From a virus (lineage: Duplodnaviria; Caudoviricetes), in the IMG/VR virus record IMGVR_UViG_3300032069_000017, positions 1-51,251 of that record: 51,251 nucleotides of DNA; one strand, given 5' to 3'. Position numbers and translations under genes: made by a program. The notes under the pieces are model-generated. The model had not been told where the DNA came from, searched no databases, and worked only from the letters and a program-made list of their open reading frames with translations. This document shows positions 29,542-38,992 of the stretch, piece by piece; positions within the stretch are counted from its first letter, which is position 1, and the number at the start of each line of letters is the position of its first letter.

Positions 29542-30184
29542 TATAAAGGTGATTATAATTCCTCTTTATATTGATTCAAGAGAACCAGATGATATAGTAC
29601 GGTTACTTAAAAGAGAAAACTTAGCTATAGAAGTAAAAACTATACCTAGCGGGGACTACGTTTTTGGCGAAGTGGCTGTGGAGAGGAAAGCAATATTAGA
29701 CCTTATTAGTTCAGTAACTACTGGTGATAGGCATTTCTGGAACCAGTTAGAAACTATGAGAAACACCTATACTATACCAATACTACTCATAGAAGGACCA
29801 ATAAACCATAGGGACCGTATAGTTATGGGAATATTAACGACTGTAATTCTATTCTGTAAATACCAGACTATATTTAGCAAGGATAAAGAAGATACTGCCA
29901 AATGGATAGCAGACTTATTTACTAAGTATGGAGTAGGTAAGACTGGTAGGATTCCGCCACCAGCGGTTATTAGAGCAGCTACACCTAAACAAATAAAATG
30001 GGCTATGCTCCAGTGTATAAAGGGTATTGGTCCTAAAACTGCTAATAAGATACTAGAGGAAATACCAGATATATTTTCAGCATCTTATGACTATCATACT
30101 ATTAAAGCTAAATTAAGAAAAGTAAAAGGTTTAAGCCATATAGCAAGAGAACTATTAGTTGGAGTAAAAGCTAATGATATTTAA
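29516..30184 (+). CDS. Short XPF/ERCC4-family structure-specific nuclease
   Basis: IDSRE, GDY, VERK, IEG and C-terminal HhH (IKGIGPKTA). The true start is probably 29555/29558, after GGTGA. Confidence 0.9.
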   Translation: MGGKKEKNSIKVIIIPLYIDSREPDDIVRLLKRENLAIEVKTIPSGDYVFGEVAVERKAILDLISSVTTGDRHFWNQLETMRNTYTIPILLIEGPINHRDRIVMGILTTVILFCKYQTIFSKDKEDTAKWIADLFTKYGVGKTGRIPPPAVIRAATPKQIKWAMLQCIKGIGPKTANKILEEIPDIFSASYDYHTIKAKLRKVKGLSHIARELLVGVKANDI

Positions 30185-30260
30185 TATGGGGAATATCAAA
30201 ATAGATATACATATATATAGAAATAGTAAATTAATACTGTATGGTGAAGGTGAATAGAAA

Positions 30261-30518
30261 ATGGTAACTGTGAATGAAGAACTTAGAGAACGATACATGG
30301 AACTGGCTGGAATATTAAAAGAGACAAAATTTGGGACTTCCAAAAGTTTGAAAAAAATACTGCATAAGTTTGCTCTTCAGGAAGGTGTGAAGATGATTAA
30401 TGTTAAAGAATACTTAGACGTTCTTAAAGGTGCTGGGTTAGTAGTTTTTGATAAAGGTAAGAAGAACTGGAAATATGTTCCCGAAGAAGAATGGGATTTG
30501 TTTAGTATTAATATTTAA
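30261..30518 (+). CDS. Winged-helix-like protein
   Basis: VKEYLDVLKGAGLV helix followed by a wing hairpin. Confidence 0.5.
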   Translation: MVTVNEELRERYMELAGILKETKFGTSKSLKKILHKFALQEGVKMINVKEYLDVLKGAGLVVFDKGKKNWKYVPEEEWDLFSINI

Positions 30519-30530
30519 GGTGGTGATAAA

Positions 30531-31652
30531 GTGGTTAAGAAAAATAAGATAGATAAACCGGTATTCTCTGATGCTAGGTTAGAAATACTATCTAAGAAGA
30601 ATAATGTATCTATAGAGAAACTATCAAAACAATGCCAAGAAGAACTAGAGAAGTTAAAGGTTCAAGGAGTTACTGTTAACTTAGAACGCCTAGCTGTTAA
30701 TGCAGTAATGAATATTTACCGTAGACAAAAGGCTTTCCAGAATATTAATAGGAAGAAAAGAGAAACTACTATAGTTTATGGCTTCATTAGCGGCGATAGA
30801 GGTATATGGGATAAAGCTGACCAAGTGCGTAGGGAAGTAAAGAAGTTCATAGATAAGAATGGTCTGCAAGCCGCATTAGAAGCTCAAAAGATTGATGGTG
30901 ACAATAATATACTAGACCAACGAGCAAAGATATACGGTAGGGATAATCCTAACTATCTAAAACCTCTAAACCCTAATCTACATGTGCTGGACCGAATACT
31001 GTTTGGGTTCTTTAGGAAGAACGGGGATAAAAACTATAAGTATGGTTCTATACAGACTAGTGATAATAGACTGGCTAGGGGATGGAATAAAGTAAAGTTC
31101 TATGTACCCTGTCAAGTGCCAGCAATAATCAAGGAAGAGATGGACGACTTTATTACTTTATCAGCAAGCACCGCAGAAGATACTTTAAGCGTATTCAAAG
31201 CTATCAAGGAAGACATAGACATTAAGGCTGTAATAGACGAAACGTTAAAGGACCAGTGGACAGAAATTAGTAAAGTAGAAGAATTCCATGAGAAGTTTAA
31301 GGATGCTTGGGACCGTAGAATATTTGTTAAGGGAATAGTAGCTTGGATAAACACTGATAGACCTACATCTTATGGAGCAGTAAAAATGGGACTAATGAAT
31401 CCAGATAATGAAGATGAACAGGTAATAGTAGAAATACCAGAGCAGATAGGAATAGACTTTGGAGAACTTAGTGAGGTTTATGTCTTTGGTAAAACTAGAA
31501 GAAGTATGTACTATGATGAAGAACATAAGCTAGTAGAAGGTGATGTTAATATACAAGCTACTGGAATCTTTGTAGTAATACCAACACCGAGAGAAGGACA
31601 AGGATACGAAGGAATAAAAGAGGATGAACCGGTTACCGGTTGGGTAGACTAA
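30531..31652 (+). CDS. Putative multi-OB-fold ssDNA-binding protein
   Basis: Position before PolB, OB-like beta patterns and an acidic C-tail. Confidence 0.45.
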   Translation: MVKKNKIDKPVFSDARLEILSKKNNVSIEKLSKQCQEELEKLKVQGVTVNLERLAVNAVMNIYRRQKAFQNINRKKRETTIVYGFISGDRGIWDKADQVRREVKKFIDKNGLQAALEAQKIDGDNNILDQRAKIYGRDNPNYLKPLNPNLHVLDRILFGFFRKNGDKNYKYGSIQTSDNRLARGWNKVKFYVPCQVPAIIKEEMDDFITLSASTAEDTLSVFKAIKEDIDIKAVIDETLKDQWTEISKVEEFHEKFKDAWDRRIFVKGIVAWINTDRPTSYGAVKMGLMNPDNEDEQVIVEIPEQIGIDFGELSEVYVFGKTRRSMYYDEEHKLVEGDVNIQATGIFVVIPTPREGQGYEGIKEDEPVTGWVD

Positions 31653-31712
31653 TAAGTCTATCCTTTTTATCCTATATCATATTATATAAATAGTATTTAA
31701 GGGGTTCGGTTT

Positions 31713-31752
31713 AATGAACACTAGTTCAAAATAATGAACATATGGTCAAAAT
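31713..31752. promoter_or_regulatory. Tandem 20-bp operators upstream of polB
   Basis: AATGAACACTAGTTCAAAAT followed by AATGAACATATGGTCAAAAT. Confidence 0.65.
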
Positions 31753-31767
31753 AATAGGTAGATAAAA

Positions 31768-34302
31768 ATGGTTAAGCTTGGTATAGTGTCTGCGGAAACT
31801 TTAATGTACAAGAACAAAGATGGATTTGAAATTCCTACAGTAGTCCTTATAGGGCGTACTGAAAAGGGAGAGAAGAAGGTATGGAGAACCGTATTCTATC
31901 CCTATCTATATTTAACTGAAGAAGATTATATAGATATTAAGGAACAAGATAAAGATACTTTTACTAGGTATATTAAGGAAGTTAAAGGTGTAAAGGCTAG
32001 AACGTTAACTAAGAAGGTTATAACCAAGCTTATTCTTAAGGATAGTAGATATGTTACTGATTTTGTACGGTTCTTAAATAAGTATAATAAGGTTGTTTTA
32101 GATAAGCCTATATTCACGTATGAAGCTGATTTGTCTATTCCAACCATGCTACCTATAAGGTTCTTAATAGATAATAAGATTAAGTCTGGAGTAGATATTA
32201 CTAGTAAAGGTAAGCTTATACCGGTAGATATGGATATTAAACTTAGAAAGTGGTATATAGACTTTGAGGCATTATCTTCTAAGCAAGCCGGTCATGGTCC
32301 TAGAAAGGATGAACCTATACCTATAGTAAGCTACTACGATAATTACTTAGATACTCTATATACTCTCTATGTTATTAATCCTAAGTGGAAGGAAATGCCT
32401 AAGTTTCCTAAGGTTATAGATAAACATATTATACTAGGATTTAAGTTTGAAGCTTTAGTTTTAGATGCTTTAACTAGTATGGTAAAAGATTATAATCCAG
32501 ACATATTTACTGCATGGAACTTAGATAGGTATGATATAGTAAAGTGGACACAAAGAATGATGGTTAATAATCTAGACCCTAAAGCCTTAAGTCCATTTCA
32601 TAGTTTTAGTTGGAAGAGGCTTCCTTATAGGATTAAAGGTAGAATACTATTTGACTTAATGAAAGCCTTTAAGAGGTTTACAGATGCAGAACTAAGGTCT
32701 TATAGTTTAGGACCGGTAGCTGAAGAAGAAAACTTAGGTATAGAAAAAGTACCACTTAAGAAACCTACGCAGTGGATATGGGACAACGAACCAGAAACAT
32801 TGTTTAAGAGGAACGTTAACGATGTTCTTATTATTAAGGCATTAGATGAAAAGTATGACTTAGTAGAAATGTTTAATGACTTAAGGAAAGAATTTGGAGT
32901 ATTGTTCCAAGAAGTATTGCTTAATTATAGGGTATTGGACACAGCATTAATGAGGTTCATAAATGACAAGGTAGTATTAAGAACTAGTTTTAAAGCTGCA
33001 AAGAATAAAGAATCGTATTTAGGTGCTGTAGTAATAGAACCAAAACCGGGACAGTACCATAATATAGTACAGTTTGACTTTAACAGAGAATATCCTAGTA
33101 TAATAAAAGCCTTTAATATTGGACCAGAAACTTATAGAGAATCAGATTATACTGGACCATGCTATACTATAAAGTATAAGGATAAGATTTACAAGTTTGC
33201 TAAGAAACCTAGAAGTTTACTAGCGCAGTTAATAGACTTCTTCTTTAGTAAAAGGAATGAATATGAGAAGGAATACCAGAAGGCTATAGAAAATAAGGAT
33301 GAAGTTAAGATTAAGTCTTGGTATAGGAAAGTATTTAACATTAAGAAAATGACTAATGCTATCTATGGTGTAATGGACTTTCCTAGCTTCAGATTGTATA
33401 AACAAGAATGTTCAGCGGCGACAGCGGCATTAGGAAGAATAGGTATAGAACAGATTAAAAGTGCATTAGATAGTATAGGATATGAAATTATATACGGTGA
33501 TACCGATTCAACTTTTATACAATTGAAGAGTAAGTTAGGTCCAGAAGGTTGTCTATCAGAAGCTAAGGAAATAGTAGAAGTTTTAAATACAGAATTAAGT
33601 AAGTTCTTTAGTAAAGAATATAGTATTTCTAAAGCACCAGCGGAACTAGGCATTAAGAAGATATATAGTGATTACCTATTGTTTGCTAAGAAGAACTATG
33701 CTGGTAAATCTATATGGGATGAAAAGAAAGGCTTTAAAGAGGATTTAGATATGAAGGGTCTTGAAGCAATACGGTCTGATAGTAGTGATATAGAAAAAAG
33801 AGCTGTAGAGAATATAGTTAAGTTGGTATTAGATGGCGAGAAGGAAGATGCTGAAGCTATAAGTAAGGAATACCTAAAATTTATAAAATTGAAGAAGCTT
33901 ACTCCTATAGATGTATCTTATCCACTACAGTTAAAAGCAGACTTTAAGGAATACTTAAGACCTAATAAAAATGATAAAGTTTCTATACCATCGCATGTAA
34001 GAGCAGCAATCTATAGTAATATGTTCTTAGATACAGACTATACTAAGGAAGACAAACCTAGAAGATTACCTATAATAGTTAAAGAGAAAATATATAAGCA
34101 GCAGCAAACATTATTTAATGATGATATATATCCTACGGAGTGGGAATGGGAAGGACAGAAGTTCCATCTTAATGGTATAAGCATTACTGAAGATACGGAT
34201 ATACCAGAATGGTTTATAGAGAAGATAGACTGGCAGCATATTTACGATAGACTAGAAGGAAAACTTAGTAAAATATTAAGCTTGGTGAAGAAGAACGAAT
34301 AG
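31768..34302 (+). CDS. polB: Family B DNA polymerase
   Basis: Exo DFE and WNLDRYD; DFNREYPS, KKMTNAIYG, YGDTDS, KKNY; PIP-like QQTLF near the C-terminus. Confidence 0.95.
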   Translation: MVKLGIVSAETLMYKNKDGFEIPTVVLIGRTEKGEKKVWRTVFYPYLYLTEEDYIDIKEQDKDTFTRYIKEVKGVKARTLTKKVITKLILKDSRYVTDFVRFLNKYNKVVLDKPIFTYEADLSIPTMLPIRFLIDNKIKSGVDITSKGKLIPVDMDIKLRKWYIDFEALSSKQAGHGPRKDEPIPIVSYYDNYLDTLYTLYVINPKWKEMPKFPKVIDKHIILGFKFEALVLDALTSMVKDYNPDIFTAWNLDRYDIVKWTQRMMVNNLDPKALSPFHSFSWKRLPYRIKGRILFDLMKAFKRFTDAELRSYSLGPVAEEENLGIEKVPLKKPTQWIWDNEPETLFKRNVNDVLIIKALDEKYDLVEMFNDLRKEFGVLFQEVLLNYRVLDTALMRFINDKVVLRTSFKAAKNKESYLGAVVIEPKPGQYHNIVQFDFNREYPSIIKAFNIGPETYRESDYTGPCYTIKYKDKIYKFAKKPRSLLAQLIDFFFSKRNEYEKEYQKAIENKDEVKIKSWYRKVFNIKKMTNAIYGVMDFPSFRLYKQECSAATAALGRIGIEQIKSALDSIGYEIIYGDTDSTFIQLKSKLGPEGCLSEAKEIVEVLNTELSKFFSKEYSISKAPAELGIKKIYSDYLLFAKKNYAGKSIWDEKKGFKEDLDMKGLEAIRSDSSDIEKRAVENIVKLVLDGEKEDAEAISKEYLKFIKLKKLTPIDVSYPLQLKADFKEYLRPNKNDKVSIPSHVRAAIYSNMFLDTDYTKEDKPRRLPIIVKEKIYKQQQTLFNDDIYPTEWEWEGQKFHLNGISITEDTDIPEWFIEKIDWQHIYDRLEGKLSKILSLVKKNE

Positions 34303-34501
34303 AAAATATAGTAATAATAAACTTATAGCTTGGGTTCAGAATAAATGTATTTCTTGTGGTAGATTTCTTAGTAAATACCAAACTAAATATTGTTCTGTAT
34401 GTGGTAGTAATAATAGATATATGAAAAGGTATCGTAGAAGTTCTAAGCAAAGGGAATATCATAAATTATATATGAGAAAATGGGTGATAAAAAATAAATA
34501 A
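34295..34501 (+). CDS. Zn-finger protein, probable ACG start
   Basis: Read manually: …KCISCGRFLSKYQTKYCSVC…, a paralogue of 23297. The ACG lies 6 nt after GGTGA, with an in-frame stop just upstream. Confidence 0.6.
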   Translation, partial: TNRKYSNNKLIAWVQNKCISCGRFLSKYQTKYCSVCGSNNRYMKRYRRSSKQREYHKLYMRKWVIKNK

Positions 34502-34874
34502 AAGACCTGTTTTAGCTTATCTTTCATATCCATATTCAAGTGACCCTAAGGGTAACCAGTTGAAGGGTCGTAAACTAGCAATAGAAATTATGAAGAAGTA
34601 TCCTAATATATTTATTATATTACCACATACGGCAGTAGATACTACTCTATTTGGAGACTTTGAAGAGAGGACCGGTGAACATACTACAGAAGACCATGAA
34701 TTAGCACAAAGGCTTGAATATATAATATTAAGTAAAATAGACCTCTTTATTATTGGAGTAGAATATAAGGATATGAGTAGTGGTATGACATGGGAACATT
34801 CATATTGTAAGTGGCTTAATGAAACTAGAAAGAAGCAGATAGAAATTAAGTTTATTAGGGAGTTACTACCATGA
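34494..34874 (+). CDS. Nucleoside 2-deoxyribosyltransferase-like protein, probable ATA start
   Basis: The upstream extension gives LAYLSYPYSSDPKGN; ILPH and SSGMTWE follow. The ATA lies 6 nt after GGGTGA. Confidence 0.65.
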   Translation: MNKRPVLAYLSYPYSSDPKGNQLKGRKLAIEIMKKYPNIFIILPHTAVDTTLFGDFEERTGEHTTEDHELAQRLEYIILSKIDLFIIGVEYKDMSSGMTWEHSYCKWLNETRKKQIEIKFIRELLP

Positions 34875-35212
34875 AGACTAGTGAAATGGCTATAGAAATG
34901 AAGAAGACCTTAGAAAACTTAGTAAATCTATTCTTAGATAGGAATAGTCAATATGCTGGAGAAGAAGAATGGGCTGCTAACTTTATTAGGAATGCTAAGA
35001 TTATAGAAGCTATGAGAGTAGATAAGATTATGACTAAGCCTTATGGTAAGTCTATAGCTATGGTAGTAGATAAAGTGGATAGGTTAGTTAATGGAATCTT
35101 AGTAAAAGAACAAGGAATAAAAATTACTCACTTAGAAGATAGTATAGACGATGCTATAGTTTATTTATTTATTACTAAGATGTTACTTAAAGAGGTTGAT
35201 ATAATTGAATAG
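34871..35212 (+). CDS. DUF1599/Nmad1-like all-alpha nucleotide pyrophosphatase-like protein
   Basis: RNSQYA…ANF…DKVDRL…EDSIDDAIVY. Confidence 0.65.
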   Translation: MKTSEMAIEMKKTLENLVNLFLDRNSQYAGEEEWAANFIRNAKIIEAMRVDKIMTKPYGKSIAMVVDKVDRLVNGILVKEQGIKITHLEDSIDDAIVYLFITKMLLKEVDIIE

Positions 35213-35462
35213 GAAAAAAGTTATAGAACTGCTTAAGGATATTCAGAGATACTATTGTAGAATGTGTGAAATAATGATTGGTGGAAAGGATATAGATGTA
35301 TGCTTTAAATGCCCTTACCATAAAAAGTTTAATGATATATTAAAGGAATTGAATGATATATGATAGATGAAGTTTGGGTTGCAATATTTGTAGTATGGTT
35401 AATAGTAGACGTTATATCTACTATTATAGATATATACCTTAGGGTAAAGAAGGGAAAGTAGA

Positions 35463-35825
35463 ATGTTTCCAAAAGTAACAACAGATTATAAGGAATATTA
35501 TAGGTTATGTAATGGAAAATGTTTAGGTATAAGAGAATATCCTACTCCTACAGCTAAAGGATACTATAGTAACAGTATTATCTGGGTTAGACAGTTAAAG
35601 CCTATAACTTTATTCCATGAGTTTATACACCATGTCCTTCATAGTATAGGAAATAGGGATGGTGGAACTAGACTATTCTTTGACTTAATAGATGATATAC
35701 AAGATACATTCTATCATAGTATTAGGTATAAGGGTTGGAGAAGTAAACGAGTTAAGTGGATAGTTAAGGATATTATTAAGACTTCTTGGAACGATTGGCT
35801 TGATTGGATGTTGTGTCGAAGTTGA
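35463..35825 (+). CDS. Small HExxH protein
   Basis: TLFHEFIHH. Confidence 0.5.
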   Translation: MFPKVTTDYKEYYRLCNGKCLGIREYPTPTAKGYYSNSIIWVRQLKPITLFHEFIHHVLHSIGNRDGGTRLFFDLIDDIQDTFYHSIRYKGWRSKRVKWIVKDIIKTSWNDWLDWMLCRS

Positions 35826-36103
35826 AAGATAAGTATCTTATTGAACGTTATATTCTGCTTAAGGTTATAAGAAATAATCCTAAGTCTACACGTTATTGGC
35901 TGAGAAGTAGATTAAGTAAGCTAGGATGGAATATGTATGACCAGTTGTTTAGAAACATATTAGAAAGGCTATCTAAAGACGGTTTAGTTAAATTAGACTT
36001 AGAGAAAGATTATTCCTATTCTATAAGTATAACAGAAGCTGGTATAAAGGAAATTAGTAATTTAGAAATGAAGATTAAAACAATACTATTCATAAGTGGG
36101 TAA
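35804..36103 (+). CDS. PadR/MarR-like winged-helix protein
   Basis: ILERLSKDGLV…SITEAG. Confidence 0.65.
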   Translation: MDVVSKLKDKYLIERYILLKVIRNNPKSTRYWLRSRLSKLGWNMYDQLFRNILERLSKDGLVKLDLEKDYSYSISITEAGIKEISNLEMKIKTILFISG

Positions 36104-36110
36104 TTAGTAA

Positions 36111-36120
36111 GCCTTAAATA
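36111..36120 (+). promoter_or_regulatory. Archaeal TATA-like promoter at the start of the late block
   Basis: GCCTTAAATA about 25 nt before AAGTAGG and ATG 36156. The same layout occurs at about 15202 and 41791. Confidence 0.5.
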
Positions 36121-36155
36121 AGTAAGTTTACTCTTATATTAAGTAGGTAATTATT

Positions 36156-37025
36156 ATGTATGAAGTAAAAGATATAGAGAAAATGCATAAAGAGATGCTT
36201 TGGACTACTGTAAGAATAAAGGCAGAAAAGGCTTGGGGCAGCGGGACTGCAATATATTCTGGACAAGACAAAAATGGTGATTGGCATGTTTATATAATAA
36301 CCTGCTACCATGTTATAGCAGATAATATTAAGGTAGAGACTAAGTTTGATGCTAGAGTAGGCTATGATATTAAGAAGGAAACAAGGATACCAGCAGAAAT
36401 TGAATTTTTCTATTATGATAAGTTTAGTATATGTCAAGGAGTAAGCGGTAGTACAAAAGCTGATATTGTAGCCTATGATGCAGATGCTGATATTGCTGTA
36501 TTAAAGCTTAGAAAGAATGCCCCGGTAGAATGGATAGCTAGTATGTTCCCTAAAGGTAAAGAGTCTGAAGTACATGTATTTGATAACGTATGGGCTTGCG
36601 GCGCAGCTCTAGGACATGAACCAATAGCTACATACGGTATAATAAACTTTATGAATGAACTAATGATGGAAGAAGGTGGAGTAGAATACTGGATGTCCAG
36701 TGCGCAGATTATCTTTGGTAATAGTGGTGGAGCTATATTTAGGTATTCTAAAGAAAGAGATAGATATGAATACTTAGGTATTCCAGCTAGGATAAGCGTT
36801 AGCATAGCTGGGTTTATGCCTGACCCTATTACGCACATGGGATTCTTTGTACCTATAACTAGAGTGTATAAACTATTAGATGATAACTTCTATCAGTTTA
36901 TATATGATAAGGAATATACTATAGAACAATGTGAGAAACTTAGAGAAGAATATAAGAAGGAACAAGAAAAACTATTAATGGCACGGTTCGGTGGTACTCC
37001 TAAAAGGGAACAGAAAACACGCTAA
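36156..37025 (+). CDS. Trypsin-like serine protease
   Basis: GSG, ITCYHV, DIAVL and GNSGG triad motifs. Confidence 0.9.
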   Translation: MYEVKDIEKMHKEMLWTTVRIKAEKAWGSGTAIYSGQDKNGDWHVYIITCYHVIADNIKVETKFDARVGYDIKKETRIPAEIEFFYYDKFSICQGVSGSTKADIVAYDADADIAVLKLRKNAPVEWIASMFPKGKESEVHVFDNVWACGAALGHEPIATYGIINFMNELMMEEGGVEYWMSSAQIIFGNSGGAIFRYSKERDRYEYLGIPARISVSIAGFMPDPITHMGFFVPITRVYKLLDDNFYQFIYDKEYTIEQCEKLREEYKKEQEKLLMARFGGTPKREQKTR

Positions 37026-37064
37026 GTTTCCTATTTTTATAATAAACAGTTAGAGGTATATAAT

Positions 37065-37286
37065 ATGGGGCTCTCCGATAACAAATGCGATTCGTGTAGT
37101 GAAGAAGTAGGTTACTTATTTCCTATAGCTATAATTGATGAACTACCTAGTGGCGGTATGAAGATGGTTATTAAATACTACTGTTGGGATTGTTATGATA
37201 TTATAACAGATACAGCTAAAAGTGAATTAGATGAGAAAGATGATGAAGAAGATGAAGATGAAGATAAAGACCAAGAAGATGAGTAA
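37065..37286 (+). CDS. Zn-finger protein with acidic tail
   Basis: CDSC…CWDC followed by a poly-D/E tail. Confidence 0.6.
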   Translation: MGLSDNKCDSCSEEVGYLFPIAIIDELPSGGMKMVIKYYCWDCYDIITDTAKSELDEKDDEEDEDEDKDQEDE

Positions 37287-37426
37287 CCATTCTTAGTTTA
37301 TTAGTTTAAATATAAAGAACTATAAACACTATTTATATATCTCTTTTAACATATTACTTATTAGATTAGTATGAAATCTACATCTGAACTGGGTGGAGTA
37401 AATTTAAAGTATAGGGAGATTAAATT

Positions 37427-38587
37427 ATGCAATTTAATAAGAAGCTCCTAGAAGCTAAACCAGAGAGTGAAGAAGTAAAGGAATTTATAAAGCGTACTAG
37501 TACAGAGTATCATCCATTTGTTGACAAGTGGATAAAGAACTATGACAAAGCACTAAAGGAAGGCGAAATTGAAATAGGTGCTTTACGTGGTCAGACTGTG
37601 GCTGATGCTGTTGCCGCTGGCGGTGGAATGCAGGTTTATGCTACACTAGAAATCTTTAACGCTGTCATTAGAGGTTTTACTAGATATATGGATGACAGTT
37701 TCGTACGTAAGTATGTAACTGATTCCGTTATCTTTAAGATACCTAAGACAGAATATAGAGAACTAGTTGGTAGTATAAGTGCTGGAGAACTACCACATAC
37801 AGAGAAAATGATTGACTATGCTACTGTTGATTTGTCTACTCCAGAATCAGAACGTGGTGGCAAGGTAACTTGGACACGTTCATTGCTAGAGGATGTAACC
37901 TTTGACGTTCAGGCAGAAATGGCTGAAGGTCTAGGTCATGCTATAGCATATAAGATTACGAATGATATACTTACTGCTTTACTAGCAGTTCCAGTTTTGG
38001 CTATGCCTAAGAATGCTAAGGTAACTATTAGTTCTCCAATTACATGGGACCAGTTCCTAGATGTGATTGGGGCAGTAGATACCGGTGTAACAGACTATAC
38101 TATTACTATGACTGCTGGTGCTGACAATGCGGTTCCAAGCGACATTGGCAAGATGGTTAAGGACGACGGTGTTGAAATTGGTCCACTAGTATCATTTACT
38201 CGTGGGTCAAATCCAGCGGTATGGGTGGTTGCAACTAGAGCAACAGTAGCTAATGCTAGTGCTATGACTATTACTGGTGGAACAGGTTCAGGTACTTCCG
38301 CCTCAAGTGTAAAGAACGCCGGTGTGAGGACTTATGGTCCGGCTGACTTCTGTTTGGTAAGTCCAGATGTTTACTGGCAACTGTTGAACATCATACAGAT
38401 GACTAACGTCCTATATGAAGGTTCTACAGACCCAGTAAATAAAGGAGTTATTAAACTAGCTTTAGGCACAAGTATTGTTAAGCAGTCATTGCTTCCAGCA
38501 GGAACTGTAATTGCTCTTAACAGTGAAAAGGCTATAGCTCTGGTTACTAGACGAGCATTAAAGATAGAACCAGTATTATTCCCAGTA
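37427..38587 (+). CDS. Major capsid protein (HK97 fold), exon 1
   Basis: E-loop/P-domain pattern (FKIPK…AGELP…TRSLLED…FDV…LGHAIA); ends …EPVLFPV at the BHB cut site. Confidence 0.85.
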
Positions 38588-38992
38588 AATAGAGGTTATA
38601 TAGTATGATATGTCCAGTATGTAAGAAGAATTTTATTCCAGACAAATATCATCCTTATGCTACAAGATGTTCTGCTAAATGCAGTAATATCTTTAATAGG
38701 TTAATTCATAATTATCAATTAGAACGTAGGCATAAGGTTAAGAAAGAGATATTTGAGTTACTCGGTAATAAATGTGTTAAATGCGGATATACCGGTGTAG
38801 CTCTTCAAGTGGACCACATTAATGGTGGTGGAAAGAAGGAAATTACTGAATACCGAATTAAACAAAGTTCTCTTGTGTATTGGATTCATATCTTGGCAAA
38901 GATTAAGGCTGGTAGTAAGGACTACCAACTTCTTTGTGCAAACCATAATTGGGAGAAATATTATGGCAATATATAATAACTTCTATCTGGAA
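38588..38992 (+). other. 405-nt bulge-helix-bulge (BHB) intron in the capsid mRNA
   Basis: CCAG/CTGG central helix, TAA and AAT bulges and an 11-bp inner stem. Canonical cuts rejoin the exons in frame. Confidence 0.85.
38605..38976 (+). CDS. Intron-encoded HNH endonuclease
   Basis: CVKCG…LQVDHINGGG…YQLLCANHN. Confidence 0.85.
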   Translation: MICPVCKKNFIPDKYHPYATRCSAKCSNIFNRLIHNYQLERRHKVKKEIFELLGNKCVKCGYTGVALQVDHINGGGKKEITEYRIKQSSLVYWIHILAKIKAGSKDYQLLCANHNWEKYYGNI

